Shown: in pieces, positions 42,629 through 51,656 of the stretch
Layout: each line of letters begins with the position of its first letter
Position numbering within the stretch: position 1 is the first letter of the stretch
DNA from: Actinomycetota bacterium
GTDB taxonomy: Bacteria > Actinomycetota > Geothermincolia > Geothermincolales > RBG-13-55-18
Length of the DNA stretch: 64,000 nucleotides
NCBI GenBank assembly: GCA_013178005.1
Contig: JABLXL010000006.1
Span: forward strand, 5,523-69,522
Direction of reading: 5' to 3'
Program-made: the position numbers and the translations under genes
The notes under the pieces: model-generated
What the model saw: only the letters and a program-made list of their open reading frames with translations
Databases searched by the model: none
Told to the model about the DNA's origin: nothing

Positions 42629-43615
42629 ATGAAGGGAATGGCCAACCGCTGGACTTGGCGTTTAGGCGCCATGGTATTCGTATCACTGGCGGCGTTCTTC
42701 CTCGTCCGGGGATGCGCCTTTATGCCCTGGAATTCCGGGGGCGGCTCCGTCTCCGTAAGGGTCACGGTCTGCAGGGATTTTGGAAAGGAGGTCCTTAAAG
42801 ACGAGGCCATCGAGGTAAGGGAGGCGAGCAGCGCAATGGAGGCGTTGCAGGCGGTGGCCGAGGTGGAAACGGCCTACGGCGGAGGTTTCATCCAGGCGGT
42901 GGACGGCGTCGCCTCGCAGTATGACGGTGGGGCGGGCCGGAAGGCGGACTGGTTCTTCTACGTGAACGGGCAGATGGCGGACGTGGGGGCGCGGGCTTAC
43001 GAGGCGCGCGAGGGAGACTGGCTGCTCTTCGATTTCCACTCCTGGGAATACTCCATGTTCACGCCCGTGCTGGCGGGTTGCTTCCCCGAGCCCTTCGTGC
43101 ACGGTTACGGTGGATCCCCGGAGGGCATAGCCGTGGCTTACGCCACCGGAAGGAGGGTTGAGGGAGAGGAGCTGGCCGAGTTTCTCGCCTCGCGATCGGC
43201 CTCCTCCTGCCGCCTGGTGCAGCTTGGCGGGGAATGGAGGCCCGATGATGGGGAATACGCGCTCCTGGTCGGCACGTGGCAGGAACTGGCAGGTAACGAA
43301 ATGGTAGCGGAGGGCTTTCTCAACCACGCCCGCCTCGGCCTCTTCGCCTTTTTCGAGGGCGGGGAGCTGCGACTGCTTGACGCGGCAGGGTCGCTCGCGA
43401 GAAGCGTTGACGGTTCGGCGGGTCTCGTTCAGGGTCTGGGAGCGAGGCTGGGAGACGGCGAGTCGGCGCTCGTGGTGACCGGCACCGACGAGGCGGGCTT
43501 GCGCCGGGCCTTGGACTACCTGCTGGGGGCGGATTCCCGCGCTCCCCGTCCCGTGCCGGGCGTGGTCTTGCTCCCGGGAGGGAAATCGCTAGCCCTGCCG
43601 GTGGGGAGGGATTGA
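42629..43615 (+). CDS. DUF4430 (transcobalamin C-terminal-like) domain membrane-anchored or lipoprotein
   Basis: SAMEAL...VETAYGGGFIQAVDG...DWFFYVNG...VGA..Y DUF4430 pattern after an N-terminal hydrophobic segment. Confidence 0.8.
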   Translation: MKGMANRWTWRLGAMVFVSLAAFFLVRGCAFMPWNSGGGSVSVRVTVCRDFGKEVLKDEAIEVREASSAMEALQAVAEVETAYGGGFIQAVDGVASQYDGGAGRKADWFFYVNGQMADVGARAYEAREGDWLLFDFHSWEYSMFTPVLAGCFPEPFVHGYGGSPEGIAVAYATGRRVEGEELAEFLASRSASSCRLVQLGGEWRPDDGEYALLVGTWQELAGNEMVAEGFLNHARLGLFAFFEGGELRLLDAAGSLARSVDGSAGLVQGLGARLGDGESALVVTGTDEAGLRRALDYLLGADSRAPRPVPGVVLLPGGKSLALPVGRD

Positions 43616-43619
43616 GCAT

Positions 43620-44537
43620 ATGCTTCCCGTGTACCGCGAGAAGGACACCCTCGTGCACGGCCTGCATCCCCTTGCCGCGTTGGCCCTGGTGGCTTCCGTG
43701 GCCGCCGCCGCGCTGGTCCTGGAAAACCCGCTCTACACCGCGGTGGTTTGCGTGGGCGCCCTCGCCCTGCTGGCCCGGGCGGAGGCATTGGCCGACGGAA
43801 AGGCCATCCTGCGCGCCGCCGCGGTCATGGGTCTACTGGTGGCGTTCATAAACCCGCTGGTCAACAACGCGGGAGAACACGTGCTCGTCTACGGCCCTTC
43901 GATACCCCTCTGGGGAAAACTGGATATAACCGCCGAGGCGCTGCTTTACGGCCTGGCTGCCGGCGCGCGGCTGTTCACCGTGGTGGCAGCCTTCTGCCTC
44001 TTCGCACTGGCGGTGAACCCGGACGATCTGCTCGAGCTTATGTCGAGGCTGTCTTTTCGCTCCTCCCTCGCGGCCGCCCTGGCGGTGCGCCTTTATCCGA
44101 GCATGGTGGTGGAGGCGGTGGAGATGCGGGACGCGCAACTGGCGCGTGGCGACCCGCTGAGCGGCGGCGGGAGGTTGAACCGGGCCAAGGCCTATTTGCC
44201 GCTGCTCCTCTCCCTCTTCCAGGGCGCCCTTGACCGCGCAGCCTCCATTGCCGAGTCCATGAGCGCCAGGGGTTTCGGATCCCGGGGGCGCACGCGCCGC
44301 AAGGTTGGGATTTTCCGCCCTCGCGACATCTTGGCCGCCCTGGTTTCGTCGGGGATCGCCGCCGCGGTAGTTCTGCAATCGCTGCGTGGCGGCGGCTACG
44401 ATTTCTTTCCCGTTCTCGCCGATCCCCTGGCGGAAACGGATCTACCGGCGCTGGGATTGCTTTGTTTCTCGCTCGTTTCCTTCCTTTTCGTGTGTGGGAG
44501 CTGGAAGAAATGGCACTGGTGGAGATCGAGGATCTGA
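43620..44537 (+). CDS. ECF transporter transmembrane (T) component
   Basis: LHP start, multiple TM helices, AQLARG and SMSARGF conserved Arg motifs. Confidence 0.9.
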   Translation: MLPVYREKDTLVHGLHPLAALALVASVAAAALVLENPLYTAVVCVGALALLARAEALADGKAILRAAAVMGLLVAFINPLVNNAGEHVLVYGPSIPLWGKLDITAEALLYGLAAGARLFTVVAAFCLFALAVNPDDLLELMSRLSFRSSLAAALAVRLYPSMVVEAVEMRDAQLARGDPLSGGGRLNRAKAYLPLLLSLFQGALDRAASIAESMSARGFGSRGRTRRKVGIFRPRDILAALVSSGIAAAVVLQSLRGGGYDFFPVLADPLAETDLPALGLLCFSLVSFLFVCGSWKKWHWWRSRI

Positions 44538-46417
44538 CCTTCCGTTACCCGGGGGAGGAGAAAGCCGCCCTGGATGGCTTGAACCTGAAGGTGGACAAGG
44601 GCGAGTTCGTCCTCTTGACCGGTCCCACGGGTTGCGGAAAGACGACCTTGTTGAGGCTGCTGGGAGGCCTGGTGCCGCATTTCCACGGGGGGAGGATAAG
44701 GGGGCGGGTGACCGTCGCGGGACGCGACGTTCTCGGGAGCGATCCGCGGGAGATGGCTGCGGCGGTGGGAATGGTCTTCCAGGACGCGGAGGGGCAGCTG
44801 GTGAGCACCACCGTGGAGAGGGAGATCGCCTTCGGCATGGAGAACGCTGGGCTGCCGGCACCGGTCATCAACAAGAGGACCGAGGAGATGCTGGTGGGCC
44901 TGGGCCTCTCCCGCCTTCGCCGCTCCTTCATCCCCGGGCTGTCGGGGGGCGAGAAGCAGAAAACCGTGCTCGCCTCGGTCATGGCCATGCATCCCCTGGT
45001 CCTGGCCCTGGACGAGCCCACCTCGCAGCTCGATCCCCTGAGCGCCGAGGAGCTGCTGACGCTGGTGCGCCGCCTGCACGAGGAGACGGGGACCACGGTG
45101 GTGCTGTGCGAGCACCGCCTTGAGCGCTGCTACCATTACGCCTCACGGGTGCTCTACATGGAAAGGGGGCGAATCCTCTTCGACGGTGGACCCCGCGAGG
45201 CGGCGGCCTGGTGTTCCAGACACGACGATGCCTTCATACCCCCGGTGCCAAGGGTGTTCGCCCGCGCGGGATGGAAGGAGTTGCCATTGACGGTCAACGA
45301 GGGCAGGGCTTTGCTGGCCGGACTCCCGACGAGGATCGGGGACTTCTTCGGGGGAACACAGGGAGGGAGCGCTCCTCATGGCGGGCCAGGTGGGATTTCC
45401 GTTCGCAAAGCATGGGGAGGAGACGCGGTGCCCGGGCGGGGCAGCCTCGACCAGCGCGAGTCGAGCACGGCGCGCTTGGGGTGGGCGGCTCTGGGCAGAA
45501 ACGGCGGAAAGAAGCGCTCCGAACGCGGTGTCTTCGGGGAAGAGCCCTCGCGGGCGAGAGGAAGAGGGCCCGCGGCAACGGGGCCGGAAGAGCTTTTCTT
45601 CGCCCGTGGCCTCTGGTTCGTGTATCCGGGAGGACAGGAGGCCTTGAGGGGGTTGGATTTCCGTCTGCGCGCGGGAAGCGGGATGGCTTTGCTGGGGGAG
45701 AACGGCGCTGGAAAGAGCACCTTCCTTCGTTGCATGCTCGGCCTTCTCGAGCCCTCGCGCGGTAAGGTGGAGCTCTTCGGCGGGGAGCCCTCGCGCGAGC
45801 GCCTCCCCACCCTGGCGACGCGCCTGGGATACTGTCCCCAGAATCCCCGCGCCTATTTCGTGTGCCCCACGGTGCGCGAGGAGTTGCTGCGCACCATGCG
45901 CTTGCGGGGTCGCGCGGGAAAAGAGGCGGAGAAGGCCGTGGATGAGCAGATGGAACGTATGGAGCTGTCGCACCTGGCACGGCGGAACCCGCATGACCTC
46001 AGCGCGGGGGAAAGGGAGAAGGTGATGCTGGCCTCGGTCCTGCTCCCGCCCCTCCCGGAACTGCTGGTGATGGACGAGCCCACGCGAGGCCTGGACCATC
46101 GCAACAAGTCGGCGGTGTCGCAAATGCTGGGCGAGTACCGCGCGTCGGGCGGCACGGTTCTGGTGGTGACGCACGACATGGAATTCGCCGCCTCTCTCGC
46201 TGAGAGGGCGGCGATAATGGGCAACGGGGGCATCGTGGCCGAAGGTCCGGCACGCGAAGTCCTGGGGGATTCCCTGTTCTTCTCCCCCCAGGTTAACCGC
46301 CTGCTGGGCGGTTTCGGAGTGGAGGTGCTGCGGGAGGAAGAGGCCATCCTCCTGCTCCGCGATGCCTTTCCAGGCGGGGAGGAGAGAAGGGGCACGGGGC
46401 CATGTTTCCCACCATAA
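44510..46417 (+). CDS. ECF transporter duplicated ATPase
   Basis: Two NBDs: GPTGCGKT/LSGGE/DEPT/EH and GENGAGKS/LSAGE/DEPT/THD. Confidence 0.92.
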   Translation: MALVEIEDLTFRYPGEEKAALDGLNLKVDKGEFVLLTGPTGCGKTTLLRLLGGLVPHFHGGRIRGRVTVAGRDVLGSDPREMAAAVGMVFQDAEGQLVSTTVEREIAFGMENAGLPAPVINKRTEEMLVGLGLSRLRRSFIPGLSGGEKQKTVLASVMAMHPLVLALDEPTSQLDPLSAEELLTLVRRLHEETGTTVVLCEHRLERCYHYASRVLYMERGRILFDGGPREAAAWCSRHDDAFIPPVPRVFARAGWKELPLTVNEGRALLAGLPTRIGDFFGGTQGGSAPHGGPGGISVRKAWGGDAVPGRGSLDQRESSTARLGWAALGRNGGKKRSERGVFGEEPSRARGRGPAATGPEELFFARGLWFVYPGGQEALRGLDFRLRAGSGMALLGENGAGKSTFLRCMLGLLEPSRGKVELFGGEPSRERLPTLATRLGYCPQNPRAYFVCPTVREELLRTMRLRGRAGKEAEKAVDEQMERMELSHLARRNPHDLSAGEREKVMLASVLLPPLPELLVMDEPTRGLDHRNKSAVSQMLGEYRASGGTVLVVTHDMEFAASLAERAAIMGNGGIVAEGPAREVLGDSLFFSPQVNRLLGGFGVEVLREEEAILLLRDAFPGGEERRGTGPCFPP

Positions 46418-46638
46418 TCTGGAGGTATGCCGCGTGGTGAGGATGATGAGGGTGGAAGCGGGAAGGGATGTGGCGTGTGGACGCAGGTGCCTCGCGCCGC
46501 CCGCGGGAGCGAACCGGAAGGGTGGGGGTTCTCCGCGCTCCAAGGAAGAAAATGGTCGCCGTGGAAGCGCCGCGCGGAGCGCGAGATAAGCGCCGCGTCA
46601 GGCGACGGTGAATGTCGGGATGCAAGGAAGGAAATGCC

Positions 46639-47493
46639 ATGACACGCGGTAGAAAGAGCGGTCGCTCAGGCAAACGCGGGACGTTGAGGTGCCTTCGATA
46701 CGCACTTCTGATCCTGGCGGCGGCCGCGGTTCTCCTGGGAGTTAAAGAGGTGCCCCCTTTCGATGCGTGGTCGCTCGTATCGCTGCTTCTCGCCGGGATA
46801 TTGCTCGCCGTGCTTTTCATCCGTTTCGAGGAGGGGGAATACGGATCCCGAGAGGTCGCGGTGGTGGGAGCGATGGCCGCGGCGGGCGCGGCCGGACGGG
46901 TGCTCTTCGCCGCCATCCCGGGAGTGCAGCCGGCAACCTTTATCGCCGTGGTCGCGGGATACGTCTTCGGGGCGGAGATGGGTTTCATGACCGGCGCCCT
47001 GATCGCCCTTCTCAGCAATCTCTTTCTTGGGCAGGGACCTTGGACACCCTGGCAGATGCTGGCCTGGGGAGGAGCGGGCGCGGCGGGCGCGATCACCGCG
47101 TGGCTTGGCGGCGGGAAGGCACGCGTCTGGGCGGTGGCCACGGTCGCCGCTATCTGGGGTTTCGTCTTCGGCTGGTTCATGAACCTCTGGTTCTGGCTTT
47201 CCTTCGTTTACCCGTTGACCTTGAAAACATATCTCGCCGCGTGCGCGGCGAGCTTGTGGTTCGACATATTCCATGCCGCCGGCAACCTACTCTTCGCGGC
47301 GGTCCTGGCGCGTCCCGTGATAGAGATGCTCTCGCGCTTCCGCGCGCGTTTCTCCATCACTTTCGAGGTGGAGGAAGCGGGGTCGGATGACATGAAACCG
47401 GCGGGCGGCGGCACCGGAGAGGGGGAGACGGGGATGTTCGGATGTGACCCCGTGGACGTGGCATGGGGCGATGCGGACTCGGCTCGTGCCTGA
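46639..47493 (+). CDS. ECF substrate-specific (S) component, CbrT-like (cobalamin)
   Basis: GRVLFAAIPGVQP, SNLFLGQGPWTPWQMLAWG, FDIFHAAGN; downstream of the B12 riboswitch. Confidence 0.85.
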   Translation: MTRGRKSGRSGKRGTLRCLRYALLILAAAAVLLGVKEVPPFDAWSLVSLLLAGILLAVLFIRFEEGEYGSREVAVVGAMAAAGAAGRVLFAAIPGVQPATFIAVVAGYVFGAEMGFMTGALIALLSNLFLGQGPWTPWQMLAWGGAGAAGAITAWLGGGKARVWAVATVAAIWGFVFGWFMNLWFWLSFVYPLTLKTYLAACAASLWFDIFHAAGNLLFAAVLARPVIEMLSRFRARFSITFEVEEAGSDDMKPAGGGTGEGETGMFGCDPVDVAWGDADSARA

Positions 47494-47530
47494 GCCAACG
47501 GGGATGCGAGATGAGACGGAGGTGGTTCGC

Positions 47531-48853
47531 GTGATCCGGGGATGGTATAAAAAGGCAACAGCATTCCTGTTGCCTATCCTGGTGTCGTTGCTGCTTCTCG
47601 CTCCGCCATGCGCGCTCGAGGAAGCTCACGCGGGCATCGACGAGGGGGTTGCTTATATATTGGCCAACCAGGGCGCCGATGGAGGTTTCCGCGAGCCGGG
47701 AAAGGGGGAGGTCGGCCAGGACGCCACCACCGCCTGGTGCGTTATGGCCCTGGCGGCCGCGGGGATCGACGTGCGCGGGGTAAAGAGGAACGGGAAGTCC
47801 CCACTGGATTTCCTGGCCACCCAGTCATGCAATTGGCGAAGCGTGACCGACTACGAGCGCACCCTCCTCGCCGTGGCCGCCGCGGGAGAGGACCCGCGTT
47901 CCTTCGGGGGAGTGGACCTCCTGGCCAGGGTGCGGTCTTACCAGGGCGCGGGGGGGAACATAGGAGAGGCGGTGAACTCCAATGCCTTCGGCATCCTCGC
48001 CTACCGGGCGGTAGCAGAGCCCGTTCCGGAGGGGGCGGTGACCTGGCACCGCAGAGTCCAGAACCCCGATGGCGGCTGGGGCAACAGCCCGGGGGCGGCG
48101 AGCAACCCCGACATGACCGCGGCCTCCATCATGGCTCTGAGGGCGGCGGGTGCGGAGGCGGGAGATCCCTCTATAACCGCGGCCCTCTCCTACCTGCGCA
48201 CCATACAGAATCAGGACGGTGGTTTTTCCTTCCAGCCAGGAACCTCGGACACCGCCGCCACCTCGTGGTGCGCCCAGGCCATCCTGGCGGCGGGCCAGGA
48301 CCCGGGGGGAAGCGCCTGGTCCAAGGGTGGCAATACCCCTATATCTTTCATTAGGTCCACGCAGGCGGCGGATGGCGGGTTCTCGTGGATGAAGGGGAGG
48401 AGCATGAACCCGGTATGGACCACCTCCTACGCGGTATGTGCCCTGGCCGGAAAACCTTACCCCGTTGCCGTCTTCCAGCCTCCCAGGCCGTCTGCGGAAG
48501 GGGGCGGTCAGGATTCGGTTTCGGGTGGAGGCGGGGATAACAGCGCGGACTCGGAAGGAAATGCGGCAACAAGCGAGAACGTCAGCGATCCTGAGAGCGC
48601 TTCCGGGCAGGAAGGAGAGGAAGGAGCGGGGACCGGGAACAGAGACGGGGTGAGCGAGTCCGCTGGAGATGAGGCGGTGCATGAAGAACACGTTATGGCA
48701 GCGGGAGAGGACGAGAGCGTTGAAAAAAGTGGAGGTTCTCCCCTTACGCCGGTTATTGCCATCGCGGTCGTTTTGCTGTCAGGCATCTCGGTCTGGTTGT
48801 TTTACCGCTTACATCCCCGGCGGGCAGAAAACGATTCGGAGCTTCGCCGATAG
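47531..48853 (+). CDS. Secreted prenyltransferase/squalene-oxidase-repeat (alpha/alpha barrel) protein with C-terminal membrane anchor
   Basis: QxxDGG(F/W) repeats, DxTAxxxxAL helices, acidic Ser/Gly linker, C-terminal TM helix. GTG start after GGAGG. Confidence 0.82.
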   Translation: MIRGWYKKATAFLLPILVSLLLLAPPCALEEAHAGIDEGVAYILANQGADGGFREPGKGEVGQDATTAWCVMALAAAGIDVRGVKRNGKSPLDFLATQSCNWRSVTDYERTLLAVAAAGEDPRSFGGVDLLARVRSYQGAGGNIGEAVNSNAFGILAYRAVAEPVPEGAVTWHRRVQNPDGGWGNSPGAASNPDMTAASIMALRAAGAEAGDPSITAALSYLRTIQNQDGGFSFQPGTSDTAATSWCAQAILAAGQDPGGSAWSKGGNTPISFIRSTQAADGGFSWMKGRSMNPVWTTSYAVCALAGKPYPVAVFQPPRPSAEGGGQDSVSGGGGDNSADSEGNAATSENVSDPESASGQEGEEGAGTGNRDGVSESAGDEAVHEEHVMAAGEDESVEKSGGSPLTPVIAIAVVLLSGISVWLFYRLHPRRAENDSELRR

Positions 48854-49012
48854 ACCCGGTGGAATCCCCATATCTTTGCAAGTATGGGCAAGGGCTGCCT
48901 CACTATACCTTGGTCGCCCTACCGCCTGTTTTCCCCACAGGTGAAAACGGTTCTGAGCTTCGCCGATAGACCCGGTGGAATCCCCCTACCTTTACAGGCA
49001 TAGGGCAAGGGC
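48827..49012. repeat. Imperfect direct duplication of about 70 bp (period 116 bp) spanning the stop codon
   Basis: gaaaacg.ttc.gagcttcgccgatagacccggtggaatcccc...gggcaagggc at 48827 and 48943. Confidence 0.88.
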
Positions 49013-49026
49013 CTTCCCCTAATGCC

Positions 49027-49305
49027 TCAGCCGTTGGTGATAGTGGGAACCTCGCTTCGCTCCTCTTCCTCAGCTCCCTCGAAGTAGATGTCCTCGCGCT
49101 CGAGGATATCCGCTGGATAGGGTTGCACCGTCCTCCACCCCTCGCGCAGGTCGTCGGGAAGGCAGCCCTCCACCGCGGCGGCGGTATCCTCCGGAAGCAG
49201 GCTCTTGAGGATGCCCACGATGACCCGCACCGCCCCGTCGGCCTGCCTCAAGCTGGCAAGCCCCGCCTCCTCCTTTACCCTGGTGAGCAGCTCCCTGCGG
49301 TCCAT
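49027..49305 (-). CDS. DUF2267-like small protein
   Basis: MDRRELLTRVKEEAGL...ADGAVRVIV.IL...LPDDLREGW pattern. Confidence 0.65.
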   Translation of the reverse strand: MDRRELLTRVKEEAGLASLRQADGAVRVIVGILKSLLPEDTAAAVEGCLPDDLREGWRTVQPYPADILEREDIYFEGAEEEERSEVPTITNG

Positions 49306-49676
49306 AACATCACCCCCTACATGCTCCTGGCGTCTTGGTCGCCTCCTATATTCATTGTTCCCAGATGCAGGCGCCGTGAAGCACGGGACGCGGAACGAGA
49401 ATTCCTGGCTCCTCATTAAATTTAGGCAACACGTTTGAAATGCTATCTTTGACGGTTCAACGACGACTTGATTACAAGTTCTTTCTATCGCACCGAAGAA
49501 AACGGAGTCAGGGTACCAGTGGCCACGATTTGGTTACGGCGAACCGGCTTGTATGGTGTCTGCGGTTGCGCTGGTTGAGAAACATGGCGGAAAACCTCAT
49601 CCCTGTATGGCATGCAAGAAAACGCGGCCGGGGCACCTGTGTTCGCGGTTTGGCTGCGCTGAACCGGCAGACACGG

Positions 49677-49705
49677 TTGCGTAGTTTTATGGCATATTCT
49701 ATAAT
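49677..49705 (+). promoter_or_regulatory. Sigma70-like promoter of the methyltransferase-CooC-ABC operon
   Basis: TTGCGT-N17-TATAAT. Confidence 0.65.
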
Positions 49706-49785
49706 GTGTTCGCCTGGAAAAGCAGCAAGGGCGGCAAGAAGCCGCAATGGAAGCAGGCCAGGCACGGCGGAATAGCATTGAATGT

Positions 49786-49824
49786 AGCCACGAAGGCTGC
49801 GGCCTTCGTGGTTTTCTATTTTTC
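49786..49824 (+). terminator. Intrinsic terminator / attenuator in the 5' leader
   Basis: 12-bp stem agccacgaaggc-tgcg-gccttcgtggtt followed by ttctattttt, between the promoter and the first ORF. Confidence 0.8.
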
Positions 49825-49861
49825 GGTTGAGAGCTAAACCCGGACAGGGCGGCCTGGAGGG

Positions 49862-50503
49862 ATGGAAGCAGAAGTTGAAATAAGTATAGGAGCGCGGACT
49901 ATGATGACGGCGGTGCGCAATTTCTTCAACCAGAGGGCGGATACCTGGGACGACGAGGGCGTCCGGGAAAGAAGTGCGGTGAGCGAAAGGATCATCCGCG
50001 GCCTGGGCATCTTACCGGGCAGCAGGGTGCTAGATGTGGGGTGCGGGACAGGCCTCATTATACCTTGGCTTCTGGAGGCGGTCGGCGAGAGCGGTCACGT
50101 GACGGCCCTGGATATCGCGGAGCGCATGCTCCGCATCGCCCGCGAAAAGCACGGTGGCTCCAACCTGGAGTTCATCCACGCCGATATCGCCGACACTCCG
50201 TTCCTGGACTGCTCCTTTGACGAGGTGGTCTGCCATAACTGTTTTCCGCACGTGGGCGACAAGCTGAGCGCCGTGGCGGAGATGTTCCGCATCCTCAGGC
50301 CGGGGGGAAGGGCGACGGTCTGCCACAACGAGAGCCGCGAGGAGGTCAATGCCCTGCACCGCTTCATCGGCGGGGAGGTGGGCCTGGACATGCTTCCCGG
50401 CATCGACGAGATGGAGCGCCTCTTCTCGGACGCCGGCTTCGTGGAGGTGTCGGTGCATGACGGCGAGGACATGTTCGTGTTGCAGGCGCGCAAGCCCGAA
50501 TGA
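49862..50503 (+). CDS. Class I SAM-dependent methyltransferase
   Basis: FFNQRADTWD, VLDVGCGTG, LDIAERML, FPH, LRPGG. Confidence 0.9.
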   Translation: MEAEVEISIGARTMMTAVRNFFNQRADTWDDEGVRERSAVSERIIRGLGILPGSRVLDVGCGTGLIIPWLLEAVGESGHVTALDIAERMLRIAREKHGGSNLEFIHADIADTPFLDCSFDEVVCHNCFPHVGDKLSAVAEMFRILRPGGRATVCHNESREEVNALHRFIGGEVGLDMLPGIDEMERLFSDAGFVEVSVHDGEDMFVLQARKPE

Positions 50504-50617
50504 CCCAGGCGAAGATGGAGGCATGGCTTACGGGCCTTTCTCATGCATGACGGGGGCCGTGCGCGGTTTTCCGCGGGCGGCTCCCACCTTTGAAAGCGGC
50601 AGGAAAACACGGAGGTG

Positions 50618-51409
50618 ATGCGCGTGCCCAAGGTCATAGTGTGCGGTCGAGGTGGAAGCGGAAAGAGCACCTTGGTGGCCCTCCTGGCGAGGGAACTGGG
50701 GACGAGGGGTAAGGTGCTGGTGGTGGACGCCGACGAATCCAACCTGGGCCTGGGAAGCATGCTCGGGGTGGAGCCGCCTGTGGATACCATCATGGGCTTC
50801 CTGGGCGGCAAGCGCGCCGTGGGGGAGAAGCTCATGGCTCGCTTAAGGGGCGAAGGCGATGAGGAGTTGCGGCTGTTCGACGAGGAACTCGTGCCGGGGA
50901 GTATGCCCGCTGGCATCGCCGGCGGAAACGGCGTCGTCTCCATGGTTAGGGTGGGAAAGATAGAGCACAGCATGGAGGGGTGCGCATGTCCCATGGGCGC
51001 GGTGGCGCGGTCTTTCCTCAAGAGCGTCTCCACTCCGGACGGAGAATGGGTCCTGGTGGACACCGAGGCGGGCATTGAGCACTTCGGCCGCGGCGTCCTC
51101 GAGGGCGCCGACTATGTCCTGGCGCTGGTCGATCCCTCCCAGGAGGCAGTGATTCTCGCGGAGAAGGCGTGCCGGCTCGCTGAGGAAGCGGGCAAGCCTT
51201 GCGGGGTGGTCTTGAGCAAGGTCGACGCCAGGGTGAAGCCGGTCCTCGAGGGTAAGCTGGCCCACAAAGGCCTTTCCGCCATCGCGGAGATCCCTTATTC
51301 CGAGGCCGTGGCCCGGGCGAATCTCGAGGGCGATCCCGTGGTTGACGAAGACCTGCGCGAAACGGTCCGCAGCATCCTGGTGACAGTGGAAGGAGCGCTA
51401 GGGGCGTGA
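50618..51409 (+). CDS. CooC/AcsF-like nickel-insertion ATPase
   Basis: GRGGSGKST deviant Walker A, VDAD, GCAC metal motif, DTEAGIEHFGRG. Confidence 0.85.
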   Translation: MRVPKVIVCGRGGSGKSTLVALLARELGTRGKVLVVDADESNLGLGSMLGVEPPVDTIMGFLGGKRAVGEKLMARLRGEGDEELRLFDEELVPGSMPAGIAGGNGVVSMVRVGKIEHSMEGCACPMGAVARSFLKSVSTPDGEWVLVDTEAGIEHFGRGVLEGADYVLALVDPSQEAVILAEKACRLAEEAGKPCGVVLSKVDARVKPVLEGKLAHKGLSAIAEIPYSEAVARANLEGDPVVDEDLRETVRSILVTVEGALGA

Positions 51410-51656
51410 TTGCGCGCCAAGAGGCGCTCGGCACTGGGGAGGGGATTAGGCGGCTTCTTAGCGCCGGGGCCATCGGCCGGCCGGCGTCATAGGCCCGGAA
51501 AGATCCGGCAGGGGCTTAACGAGGAATGGCCGTGAAGGTGGTCGTTCAACCCGGATGGCTGGATTCTATTGAAAAACGGGAACGAGCGCGAGGCGTAACG
51601 TACGCTCGCGCTCGAGAAAAAGACGGAAAGGTCACGAAAAGAAGGGAGAGGGGAAG

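Noticed and set aside
47531-48853. Squalene-hopene cyclase or terpene biosynthesis gene
   Set aside because: Single short barrel with a signal peptide and membrane anchor, no DxDD motif, and a transporter context.
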